Shown here piece by piece: positions 11,291 to 23,679 of a stretch of 33,235 bases of DNA. The DNA comes from Octopus bimaculoides (lineage: Eukaryota), in assembly GCF_001194135.2 (NCBI RefSeq), contig NC_068981.1, positions 68,289,131 to 68,322,365 of the forward strand, in the 5' to 3' direction. A program made the position numbers and the translations under genes. The notes under the pieces were generated by a model, which saw nothing but the letters and a program-made list of their open reading frames with translations, was not told the DNA's origin and searched no databases. Position 1 is the stretch's first letter, and the number at the start of each line of letters is the position of its first letter.

Positions 11291-12728
11291 ACAAATAATA
11301 CAGGAAATGATAATAATAGTGAAGATAATTGAAATGTAAAAATCCCTGGGAAACGTTGTTCAAATCATTTCTACAAATAGCCCAACCGTGACGCCTAAAC
11401 CAGACACCAATCAACTTAAGAGATTTAGTAAACTGCACACTGATTGGGCAGACAATAGTTTCCAGAAATTAACATTCTGGAGCCTATACAGATGTATTTA
11501 AGGCACACAGTTGAGCCCTCTAACTACAGATATAAATTGTAAAACATAACGGCCGCCACTACTAAGTTAACACCTGTAGATTGCATAGTTTAAAGCATGA
11601 AAGTAATAGTTCAATCAGAATGGGCATTTAATATTCTATCATTTCATTATTTTTTAATATCGTCCATTATAGTGATATAAGATTGTAAACAAAACGTGAA
11701 AATCAAAGTTAGAATCTCTATGAGTAATATATTTTTCCATCACGATCATACTTACCCGTACANNNNNNNNNNNNNNNNNNNNNNNNNNNNNNNNNNNNNN
11801 NNNNNNNNNNNNNNNNNNNNNNNNNNNNNNNNNNNNNNNNNNNNNNNNNNNNNNNNNNNNNNNNNNNNNNNNNNNNNNNNNNNNNNNNNNNNNNNNNNNN
11901 NNNNNNNNNNNNNNNNNNNNNNNNNNNNNNNNNNNNNNNNNNNNNNNNNNNNNNNNNNNNNNNNNNNNNNNNNNNNNNNNNNNNNNNNNNNNNNNNNNNN
12001 NNNNNNNNNNNNNNNNNNNNNNNNNNNNNNNNNNNNNNNNNNNNNNNNNNNNNNNNNNNNNNNNNNNNNNNNNNNNNNNNNNNNNNNNNNNNNNNNNNNN
12101 NNNNNNNNNNNNNNNNNNNNNNNNNNNNNNNNNNNNNNNNNNNNNNNNNNNNNNNNNNNNNNNNNNNNNNNNNNNNNNNNNNNNNNNNNNNNNNNNNNNN
12201 NNNNNNNNNNNNNNNNNNNNNNNNNNNNNNNNNNNNNNNNNNNNNNNNNNNNNNNNNNNNNNNNNNNNNNNNNNNNNNNNNNNNNNNNNNNNNNNNNNNN
12301 NNNNNNNNNNNNNNNNNNNNNNNNNNNNNNNNNNNNNNNNNNNNNNNNNNNNNNNNNNNNNNNNNNNNNNNNNNNNNNNNNNNNNNNNNNNNNNNNNNNN
12401 NNNNNNNNNNNNNNNNNNNNNNNNNNNNNNNNNNNNNNNNNNNNNNNNNNNNNNNNNNNNNNNNNNNNNNNNNNNNNNNNNNNNNNNNNNNNNNNNNNNN
12501 NNNNNNNNNNNNNNNNNNNNNNNNNNNNNNNNNNNNNNNNNNNNNNNNNNNNNNNNNNNNNNNNNNNNNNNNNNNNNNNNNNNNNNNNNNNNNNNNNNNN
12601 NNNNNNNNNNNNNNNNNNNNNNNNNNNNNNNNNNNNNNNNNNNNNNNNNNNNNNNNNNNNNNNNNNNNNNNNNNNNNNNNNNNNNNNNNNNNNNNNNNNN
12701 NNNNNNNNTATATATATACATACATACA

Positions 12729-12761
<33 letters not shown>

Positions 12762-12762
12762 C

Positions 12763-12855
12763 AAGATAAGCAACAAGGATATCCGGGGGTAATGCAGTAC
12801 GTTCGTTTCCAGCAACTCCATTTAATTGAACAATGCAATCATTTTATCAATTTAA
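12763..12855 (+). mobile_element. Solo, more diverged copy of the 10.1/10.5 kb TIR sequence
   Basis: aacaaggatatccggg..taatgcagtacg...gtttccagcaactccatttaattgaacaatgcaatcattttatcaattt is collinear with the TIR arms. Confidence 0.7.
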
Positions 12856-13109
12856 ATGCAGAACAATCCTCAGCTGCATAAAGACATACAATTTAAATAA
12901 ATTAAAACTGTGGCTTCTAAGCTGAAGTGTAGTCAGCATATTCATTCTCTATTCCCTTAACCTTTTATAGATTTTAGGTAACATAATAGTAATTATACTT
13001 GTTGCTTATTTTGATTTTAATCACCTTATTTTGAAAGCGTATGGATAATACCATACTAAATACTGGTGCCTCAATTTAAGTACCTGAGTCTATATATGCA
13101 TACTCTTTT

Positions 13110-13332
13110 ACTCTCTCTCTTTTACTTGTTTTAGTCATTTGACTGCGGCCATGCTGGACCACTGCCTTTAGCTGGGCAAATCGCCCCCAAACTTATTCTA
13201 TCGGCCTCTTTTGCCGAACTGTTAAGCTACGGGGGCGTAAGCACACCAGCATCGGTTGTCAAGCGATGGTGAAGGTACAAACACAGACACACAAACATAA
13301 ACACACAAACACACACACACACACACCCACAC

Positions 13333-13381
<49 letters not shown>

Positions 13382-13527
13382 CATATATACGACGGGATTC
13401 TTTCAGTTTCCGTCTACCAAATCCACTCACAAGGCTTTGGTCGCCCCGAAGCTATAGTAGAAGACACTTTCCTAAGGTGCCACGCAGTGGGACTGAACCC
13501 GGAACCATGTGGTTGGTAAGCAAGCTA
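13110..13527 (-). mobile_element. SINE family B (tRNA-related head, internal (AT)/(GT) microsatellite, (GA)n tail); 5' end lost in gap 13528-14266
   Basis: On the minus strand there is a B-box-like ggttcagtccc (13489-13499), then ggcacctta ggaaagtgtcttct..., an internal microsatellite at 13280-13390, a 3' body ending catggccgcagtcaaatgactaaaacaagtaaaaga, and a (GA)n tail. Homologous pieces lie at 9611 and 14812. It resembles tRNA-derived octopus SINEs (recalled, not searched). Confidence 0.85.
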
Positions 13528-14266
13528 NNNNNNNNNNNNNNNNNNNNNNNNNNNNNNNNNNNNNNNNNNNNNNNNNNNNNNNNNNNNNNNNNNNNNNNNN
13601 NNNNNNNNNNNNNNNNNNNNNNNNNNNNNNNNNNNNNNNNNNNNNNNNNNNNNNNNNNNNNNNNNNNNNNNNNNNNNNNNNNNNNNNNNNNNNNNNNNNN
13701 NNNNNNNNNNNNNNNNNNNNNNNNNNNNNNNNNNNNNNNNNNNNNNNNNNNNNNNNNNNNNNNNNNNNNNNNNNNNNNNNNNNNNNNNNNNNNNNNNNNN
13801 NNNNNNNNNNNNNNNNNNNNNNNNNNNNNNNNNNNNNNNNNNNNNNNNNNNNNNNNNNNNNNNNNNNNNNNNNNNNNNNNNNNNNNNNNNNNNNNNNNNN
13901 NNNNNNNNNNNNNNNNNNNNNNNNNNNNNNNNNNNNNNNNNNNNNNNNNNNNNNNNNNNNNNNNNNNNNNNNNNNNNNNNNNNNNNNNNNNNNNNNNNNN
14001 NNNNNNNNNNNNNNNNNNNNNNNNNNNNNNNNNNNNNNNNNNNNNNNNNNNNNNNNNNNNNNNNNNNNNNNNNNNNNNNNNNNNNNNNNNNNNNNNNNNN
14101 NNNNNNNNNNNNNNNNNNNNNNNNNNNNNNNNNNNNNNNNNNNNNNNNNNNNNNNNNNNNNNNNNNNNNNNNNNNNNNNNNNNNNNNNNNNNNNNNNNNN
14201 NNNNNNNNNNNNNNNNNNNNNNNNNNNNNNNNNNNNNNNNNNNNNNNNNNNNNNNNNNNNNNNNNN

Positions 14267-14298
<32 letters not shown>

Positions 14299-14811
14299 CG
14301 AGGTATTTTATCCTGAAGAATATTTTAGTACTCGTTTCAGTCATTGTGACGTTTTCAACTTAGAGTAAAGCATGAAAAACAATTAAATTATGAAAAAACT
14401 AAATGAAATATTTCAAATGTTCGGAATGAATTCGTGTGAATTTTTGAAGACATCGGTTTCAATATTTGCGTGGGTGTTATTCGTAGGCATTAGTGATCGT
14501 GTCAGTTGTGGTGGAGGTATTCAAAAGGGCTTTATATTATGTGATAAAGAATAACTCTCTTCTAATGCGCTGACTACAGGTTGTACCACCCCAGAGCAAG
14601 TTAATACCTATAATAGTTTCTCCGATGCACATGTGAAGTTGTTTTTTCACTGTAAAACGTTGACCCTGTTTGAAAGAGAACTCCGATCCCTCTCAATTAC
14701 ATTGACACATATAACATATATAGGTCATATATATGTGGTGCGGTGTTATGTGTGTGTCTGTATATATGTACATATATGTATAAATGCATACGTGTGTCTT
14801 GTGTATGCTTG

Positions 14812-14978
14812 TACCACACCGTCTCTTGACAGCCGGTGTTCGTCTTCTTACGTCCCCGTGACTTTCGTTTCAATAAAGGAGACCGATAGATTCTTAAGAA
14901 ACAGATTCGATTGGTTCGACTAAAATATTCTAAGTTGGTACCTCCAACATGGCCGCAGTCTAATGACTGAAAAAAGTA
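14812..14978 (+). mobile_element. 3' half of SINE family B, preceded by its (GT/AT) microsatellite
   Basis: Shares cttgaca.ccg.tg, ttacg.ccccgt, ccgataga and catggccgcagtc.aatgact.aaa with the minus strand of 13120-13270. Confidence 0.75.
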
Positions 14979-15175
14979 CACGACAAAAAAAGAATATTGT
15001 TGTACTCTATTGGAAAAGAGTTTTATTCACCAATTATATTTACACACAGCAATGATAATTGTTTACTTTTGTTTTCTTATTTATTATGTGCAAAGTACTT
15101 ACTCTGCAGCTTAGAATGTTCTTGTTTGACACTTTTATTGCTGCGAAATAAATAACTGAAGTACCTTCATTATTA

Positions 15176-15204
15176 ATATTGTTGTTATTATTGTTGTTGT
15201 TGGT

Positions 15205-15280
<76 letters not shown>

Positions 15281-15461
15281 ATATTATTATTATTATTATT
15301 ATTGTTATTATTATTATTATTATTATTATCATTCTTATTATTATCATTATCAATAGTATTATTATTTTTAGTATTATTATTATTATTATTATCATTCTTA
15401 TTATTATCATTATCAATAGTATTATTATTTTTAGTATTATTATTATTATCAATATTATTAC

Positions 15462-15492
<31 letters not shown>

Positions 15493-15545
15493 ATTATTAT
15501 TGTTGTTGTTATTGGTGTCGACATCATTGTTGTTTTTGTTGCTGT
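15176..15545. repeat. Compound (GTT)/(ATC)n/(ATT)n microsatellite containing a 63-bp tandem duplication
   Basis: The unit beginning atcattcttattattatcattatcaatagtattattatttttagta starts at 15328 and again at 15391. It explains the poly-D/N/S/L/M ORFs. Confidence 0.95.
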
Positions 15546-15949
15546 TGTTATTCTTGCTTTGTATATCATGAAGTGTTTGTAGCAGTTGAATATTTCGGTA
15601 CATCGGCTATTATTCCGACGTGTTTTTGACAATTCTTTTAATGAAATACAAGAAAGTTAAGTTACATGGACATACCACAGGTATGGACATACACCGGCCC
15701 TGTCAAATATAATTCAGCTTCCAATGAATTTCGACTCTTTCAAAAAAAAAGATAAATGAAATCCGTGTAGTGTTATAAATATTAACTCTGCAGAATGAAT
15801 TCCCAGAAAATATGCAGAACTTCACAACTACGAACTTTTAGATAGTATTTATGAAGTATATCAAGTTATGAACTTGACATTTTAGCACCATCCACCATTA
15901 CATCAATTGATATACGTCGCAAATACTCAAAAACTCATGCAAATAAGTA

Positions 15950-16110
15950 TATCTATTAATTTAGCAAGTGTATTCCTGCCGGAAGTCAGGGAGGTCTGCA
16001 GTACTGTGTCAGAAATTGAAAGATGATTAGTGAAATTAAAACTGCTGCAAAACTATTTTGTTATATCTTAATATATTGAGCATGCGAACCAGACTGCAAT
16101 ATAATCTGAT
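15950..16110 (+). pseudogene. Fossil hAT-family transposase C-terminal dimerisation-domain fragment
   Basis: 16003-16059 translates as TVSEIER*LVKLKLLQNYF, in exact register with the hAT motif TVASAERSFSKLKLIKNYL (10 of 19 identical; TGA at the Ser position). The flanks are heavily decayed. Confidence 0.5.
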
Positions 16111-18826
16111 GATTCCTCATTATGAATACAATTTTAATCAAAATGTATCATATGCCTCTGAATAAACATTTCATTATTTTATATATATTTTATAGAAATG
16201 AAAATATTTAGATAAGAAGTATTGACAAAGAAAACCAAGTTTTCCGTCATAGTAATTACAGTTGTTGAGACTAAGAACAAAACGCTTGAAACATAGCAGA
16301 ATTCGAAGAAGAAGTTTTTGCTGTAGCAACATTGGAAAATATACTGTGTTTTCAACTCAAAATTATATTTACAGGTAAAAATATTCCGTGAGGGTTTCAG
16401 AATTATTTTACAAATGGAGTAGGATTTTGATTTAGCATTCCATGAACGTTGCATGCAGAATGTTTAAGCGAATAATTCAAATTGCATTATAGTAGTGAGA
16501 ACATGAATTATAGGCGCATTGGGAGAAATGTTACAAGTCGTAATGCAGAATTATTAATGTAATGCAACTTGAAATATTATTTAAGCGCTGCAGAATGTTC
16601 CACGAGGGAAATGACGAGGTATTTGCGAAGAACATATGATATTCATAGAACATTAAAAATTAAATATATCTAGAAATACACTAACGGTTTGTAAGCTGAT
16701 AGTATGAAAAACAACGACTTCTATGAAGAATATAGTATGGCAATTAATTTAGAAATATTTTGTATGTATTTGTTTGTGTGTAAGATCGTGTGTATGCTAG
16801 TATGCGTTTGTTTGCCGTCGAATTAATGATACGTGCAGAATTGTCATAGCCTGATATTATACGACGTAGTGGGCGTCAACTTTTTCAGACATCGCCATGA
16901 TATAATAATGGTGAACTCCTAGATGAAAGCAGTTCAACAAAGAATCTAGGTAGAAATTTAAAAAAATTACCCTATCAGTCGTTCTACTTAAATAGTTATT
17001 TCTAATTATCAATATATATTTGAATGATGTAGTGTTATAAATGTTAGACGAACATGATTTTAATCAAAGTAAATTCATACATTTTTCCATATATACAGCT
17101 ATCAACTCTTCAAACTCATTCCTTCCTCTACGTCAGCACAATAGGCTGCTACGAGAATGACTTCTACTTATGCCATGCATTAATATGGAAGCACCCGCGG
17201 AAAATTTCTACTAACACTAAATCAGTTTTGGACACGATACACATTTCTTACACACACAGCATACTTATATACATATCTGTATGTATATCGCACACACACC
17301 ATCATACATACACATATGAATGCAAGCATGCAGAGATACATACGAACTTACATAGTATTTATGCTGAGTATATTATTTATCAATGTGATATGTGACATTG
17401 CACTTTATACTTGCTTATAGAAACTGTCTTAAGTTCATGCAATATTGAAATGTTTGTCTAATATATAACTATTCAACATAATTGTTGAAAGGTGATATTA
17501 ATATTTTCTAGCATTCTTGGTCATATACTTTCCAGAAAGCACGCTGTATTAAGCGATCGGAGAAAATAGATTAATTTGCCCTTATACAGTTTCTTCAAAT
17601 CTTATTGGAGTACAAAAATTTTGTATTAAAAAAATCTTGTATCACTCATCATATTTTTCCGACAAAAAACATGATGAGTAAAATTATAGTAAAATATATC
17701 TAGAACAAATTATAAGGCAACATATTAAGCAAACACATTATTGTAATATCTTAAAATTCCGAAAGAATTACAGTTTTCAAACAGAATTGAAATAATGAAA
17801 ATGTTGATGCAGATATCAAACGAAAGGGAACAGGAATTTCTTTAGAATGCTACCGTATAAAGACAAAGAGAAAGAGAAACCACATGGCTGTTAAGATAGC
17901 AATTCCATCGTGTATTGTGTTTCGGAGAAACGAAAATATTCNNNNNNNNNNNNNNNNNNNNNNNNNNNNNNNNNNNNNNNNNNNNNNNNNNNNNNNNNNN
18001 NNNNNNNNNNNNNNNNNNNNNNNNNNNNNNNNNNNNNNNNNNNNNNNNNNNNNNNNNNNNNNNNNNNNNNNNNNNNNNNNNNNNNNNNNNNNNNNNNNNN
18101 NNNNNNNNNNNNNNNNNNNNNNNNNNNNNNNNNNNNNNNNNNNNNNNNNNNNNNNNNNNNNNNNNNNNNNNNNNNNNNNNNNNNNNNNNNNNNNNNNNNN
18201 NNNNNNNNNNNNNNNNNNNNNNNNNTATATATATACATATATACATATGTATATATATGTATATAAATACATGCATAACATATATAATACACATATATGC
18301 ATGTCTAAGTGTTCCCATATTATTATGAGTATGTGTATGTTTGTGATTTTGCGTGCTTGTCTATATATGTTTATTCATAAAAATCATTCACAGTTACGTT
18401 TTCAGTGGTATACACTATCAGAGCATTTATTTTGTGTCTATTTTAAAATACACACAGTAAAAACAAAGCTGGCTATCACGAAAATATTACAATAAACCTA
18501 ATAGAAAATTGGCATTCGGAATATTATATTTTCATTGTGAATATAGCTTATAATAAAAAAAAAAAACACAGAACACAGAGCTGTTAGGAATTCTCTTAGG
18601 AACATTAAAACAAAAGACGTATAAAGATTAAAGCATGAAAATGATATATTTGCTAAGCAGACAAAACAATTATTTCATTCTTTTGTACCGTTCTTAATAA
18701 TACTTTCTCCCACAAAACAATGTTATATGAGAAATGAAACCTTCAAAACTATATTATGTACCCAGTTTCCCAGTCTTGTTCAATCTATCACTTTTTCTGT
18801 CTCTTTTTCTCCGTTCTCTCCCCCCC

Positions 18827-18831
<5 letters not shown>

Positions 18832-18887
<56 letters not shown>
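18832..18887. repeat. (CT)n microsatellite
   Basis: Seen directly; source of the SLSL/ERER ORFs. Confidence 0.98.
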
Positions 18888-18890
<3 letters not shown>

Positions 18891-19093
18891 GACTTTGTCT
18901 CTCCGTCTCTCTCATACACATTGACATTTCGTAAGCAATTTTACTTGTATCTATTTCCAAGGAATTTCCCTTACCTTTGTTCACTGTTCTGTCCCAATAT
19001 TATGTTTCGAATCTCGGAAGTGCGCGCTTTGGATTAATAGGTTTTATAACAAACAAAAGACCAAAATTGAAAAAATAAAAAGATAAGATTGCG

Positions 19094-19194
19094 TATATAT
19101 ATATATACGGATATATAAGTATAAATACATATATATATATGTATACATATATACATATACGTATACATATAGGTATACACACACACGCACGCAC

Positions 19195-19225
<31 letters not shown>

Positions 19226-19228
19226 TAC

Positions 19229-19267
<39 letters not shown>

Positions 19268-20190
19268 NNNNNNNNNNNNNNNNNNNNNNNNNNNNNNNNN
19301 NNNNNNNNNNNNNNNNNNNNNNNNNNNNNNNNNNNNNNNNNNNNNNNNNNNNNNNNNNNNNNNNNNNNNNNNNNNNNNNNNNNNNNNNNNNNNNNNNNNN
19401 NNNNNNNNNNNNNNNNNNNNNNNNNNNNNNNNNNNNNNNNNNNNNNNNNNNNNNNNNNNNNNNNNNNNNNNNNNNNNNNNNNNNNNNNNNNNNNNNNNNN
19501 NNNNNNNNNNNNNNNNNNNNNNNNNNNNNNNNNNNNNNNNNNNNNNNNNNNNNNNNNNNNNNNNNNNNNNNNNNNNNNNNNNNNNNNNNNNNNNNNNNNN
19601 NNNNNNNNNNNNNNNNNNNNNNNNNNNNNNNNNNNNNNNNNNNNNNNNNNNNNNNNNNNNNNNNNNNNNNNNNNNNNNNNNNNNNNNNNNNNNNNNNNNN
19701 NNNNNNNNNNNNNNNNNNNNNNNNNNNNNNNNNNNNNNNNNNNNNNNNNNNNNNNNNNNNNNNNNNNNNNNNNNNNNNNNNNNNNNNNNNNNNNNNNNNN
19801 NNNNNNNNNNNNNNNNNNNNNNNNNNNNNNNNNNNNNNNNNNNNNNNNNNNNNNNNNNNNNNNNNNNNNNNNNNNNNNNNNNNNNNNNNNNNNNNNNNNN
19901 NNNNNNNNNNNNNNNNNNNNNNNNNNNNNNNNNNNNNNNNNNNNNNNNNNNNNNNNNNNNNNNNNNNNNNNNNNNNNNNNNNNNNNNNNNNNNNNNNNNN
20001 NNNNNNNNNNNNNNNNNNNNNNNNNNNNNNNNNNNNNNNNNNNNNNNNNNNNNNNNNTATGTATGTATGTATGTATGTATGTGTGTATGTACGTATGTAT
20101 GTATGTAAGTGTGCATGCACGCATGTATATATGTATGTATGAATCTCTCTCTCTCTCTCTCTCTCTAATATATATATATATATATATTTA
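19094..20190. repeat. (AT)/(AC)/(TATG)/(CT) microsatellites flanking gap 19268-20057
   Basis: Seen directly. Confidence 0.95.
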
Positions 20191-21293
20191 AATCCCACCA
20201 TATATTTAGATATACGTACATGCACTGCGATTTCCTCTTTTTAGTATAGGAATGTATCTGCAGGTATATGAATGTTCAAAAATTATAGCCTGTAATAACG
20301 AAACAAAAAAATCGATAGGTGTATAACGATTTATTTAATATTTGGTTATAACTACTCATTTAGCGTTCAAATCTGTGAACTAGTGTCAATTTAATGGCTT
20401 ATTAATTCATTAATAGACAAACGTTCAAGAAGATGAAGTGAATAAAGATTCTTAAATTTCTTTTAACAAAAATTATCTCCTTATTATTATTATTTTAAAA
20501 TTGAAGTATTTTAATCTGTATATTGCACGTTGCAATGCACTCAATCACCAACTTAGAAACTTATACACACACGTATTTTCAAATATCTATAAACACATTG
20601 CACCGACGATTTAGACGCTCAAAATTCCAAGGAATGTTTAACAAATATTGTATAATGCTCTGAAAGTTCTCGTAATCTGTCTCTAGATTTTCCTCTGCTC
20701 TGTTATCTGGTCCACAAGACAATAATTCATGAGAAACTTGACTCTCCATAAATGAGTAGAGCAAAAAAATTCACAATCTCCAAATACTCTATTAAGAGCA
20801 TAGTGAAACATTGAATGTTTCAGATTCAAGAAAAGACATTTCATTTATTGCTAATTATCATTTATTCTGCAGAAGAATGAGATGTCTTCAATAAGTCTAA
20901 AGAAAAAACACCTGAGACACGCAACTATATTGTATATAAGAATATTCTGTGTTATACGGAAACATTTTTGTTGTGACATTTCTTTATTGTTTTGAGACAT
21001 TAATCGAGATGCGCGATTCTTCAATTTTACAATATATTTAAATAATCATTTGATATATACAGGAAGTATTGTCGATGTGTGTGGCGGAGAACCATGATTT
21101 GAAAACACATATCACTAAAAGATCTAAGAGATATGTGTCCCTAAAAATAACATATTTTGAATGTGTGTCGTTAGCCAGCTGGAGGAGATGTCTTCCTGAG
21201 GCTATAAACACCAGTAGCACTGTCCTGTATAGGACACCACACTTAGTTGGCAAATATAAATTACGGTTCCGTAGTGCTACTGTNNNNNNNNNN

Positions 21294-21326
<33 letters not shown>

Positions 21327-22093
21327 ATATTACCACAATCCTAAACAGGCTTGTTCGGGGAAAATCCCTCTATAGTATTTGAGCTTTTGACATGCTAAAG
21401 CTATAACATCAATAATATATTTTCTGTTTATCTAAACACACGTGCGCGCATGCACTCACATTTATGTATGAATGTATAATGAATGACATGGAATAATTTT
21501 GCTAGAGTGAAGGCATTCCTAAAATAAGTATATGCATTACTCATTTCACGTAATTTTCAGTATGGCAGTTTTTACAATAATATATCATTTAACTGCATAA
21601 TAGTACATAAGATCGGCCATTGGACTTTTGGCATGTACTCAGTTGTACAAATATATGGTGAACTGGTCATATTTAACTTACTTATTCATCAAACCATGCA
21701 TTCTTATTTTCTAACTATAAGGTGCAATATATGTTTACCATCTGTGGAAATCTTTTCTCCATTGACATTAGCATTTAATGCTTAATTTCATGATTTCATT
21801 AAACGCTCAGATTCTCTTTGAGGAAGAATTATAACTTTGCAGAAATTTCCAAATATCATTTATCCATTGCGTTAAACGTTTAAAACTCTTTCATCAGAGT
21901 TGATGAGCAATAATTTATTTTATAGAAAAAAAATATTGTCTGAGCGAAGTTTAACTATGTTACTTTCATGCTTTTCTGCCTAAACCAGATTGCATCACTG
22001 ATTAAGAGCACGATTTTAAAGCATTAATACGACTAGTCTCATATGAGTCTAAAAACCATCAACACGTGTTTGATACGATATAATGAAACACAA

Positions 22094-22305
22094 GGCGGCA
22101 ACGTGGCAGAAATGTTAGCACTCCAGGCGAAATGCTTAGTGGTAGTTTGTCTGTCTTTACGTTTTGCGTTAAAAATCCACCGAGGTCGACTTTGCCGTTC
22201 ATCTTTTCGGGATCGATTAATTAAGTACCAGGTGCGTACTGGAGTTGATCTAATCGACTGGCTCCCTCCCCCACAATTTCAGGCCTTGTGCCTAGAGTAG
22301 AAAAT
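22094..22305 (+). mobile_element. Full-length tRNA-derived SINE (family A) with target-site duplication
   Basis: A-box-like tggcagaaatg near the 5' end and a degenerate B box gcgttaaaaatcc. The central block is gactttgccgttcatcttttcgggatcgattaattaagtaccag. It is flanked by gata(t/c)aatgaaacacaa at 22077-22093 and 22306-22322 (16 of 17; perfect 12-mer core). Confidence 0.9.
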
Positions 22306-23679
22306 GATACAATGAAACACAACATTTGTGATGTAAATATTAATATTAAGGTGTAATTTAAGGAACTGTTGTGTTGGCGCTACATTTGATCAGTTAAGGT
22401 TGGATAATAGCGTGACAATGATAAGCCTTAGGCGTTGTAATCGATATATCTCTCCATGGATATGTGACACAGGATAAACAGAGCTCGTGTTCATATATAT
22501 ATACACATACATACATATATATTCCTAAATGAATATTTACAATTTTATGATTGTAAATACTATAAATATACACCATAAAGTATGTTACGAGCCATAAGAC
22601 ATTCCGTTTCAAACATTCCTCTCACCAAGTACTTGTTTCACTTCCTTTCGTGAAGAAGTATTCCTAGAACATTTGTTTGGTTATTAGAAATTGCAGCCGC
22701 CATTTAAAAAGGTTTGTAACTTAAGCAATCACGACTAACATATTGTAATACCACGTATTTATATAACATAGCTAATAATAATTGCCTCATTATTCTAATG
22801 ATACAGTGTTATGAGAAGAGAATACAAGTATCAGATTTGTGTGCGATTGAGTTGTAAACCAAAATGAAATGCAAATATATAAGTTTGATACAATTACAAA
22901 GTAGTCAAGATCTGACGTCATACAGAATTTGCCGCAAGCGTTAGCTAATCTTTCTTAAATCTAATGACCAGCAACGTTTTGTTAATAGAGAACAAATCAC
23001 ACTTTTTCAACAAGTGTTGCTGGCATACTAGGAAATATTTCTACTGTCATCTCACTGTCTGTCACAAAACTTATGCTTCATAATCACCAAAATATTTAGA
23101 ACGTATTATACTAGTGCGCGAATTGCGGTTAATGGCCAAAAAATACGGACATCGATAAAGATGCTATAGTTATATTTTAATGAAAATGACAATTTTCAAA
23201 AGATGATATAAGAGTAAAGTGTATAGCAGTAAATTAAATCCTACTTTGTGCAACTATTAGATGTTTGAAGTAAAGACTAGTGTCGATTGAATAAAATGCT
23301 ATGTTGACATAGTAAACATAATGTTAATTCTAAAATCATAAAGTGAAGATCCTGCGTGGAGTCTAGAGCTAATATGGGTGGCTAATTACCTCATGCTAAT
23401 TAGATAGCTATGTAATCAACAAAAACATAACCTTTGATTTCTGCTTCTATATCAAGTGACAACTATGTGAATATATTTTTTTAAAAATCGGAATAATTAT
23501 GCTAAGAGGAAAAAATAAAGACTAAAGTTTTTTTTTTTTTTTTTTTTCTGGGCATCATGATGAGACAGTCAGAGGATGATTCATTCTATGAACAGTAAAT
23601 TAAAAACAAGCAAAAAATATTTTTGTCGTGATTCATTAATCGATTAATTCAGTATATTCATTTTCCCTCATACATCGAT

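Noticed and set aside
20579-20764. Minus-strand ORF (AEENLETDYENFQSIIQYLL)
   Set aside because: Short, with no homology I can name and weak splice signals.
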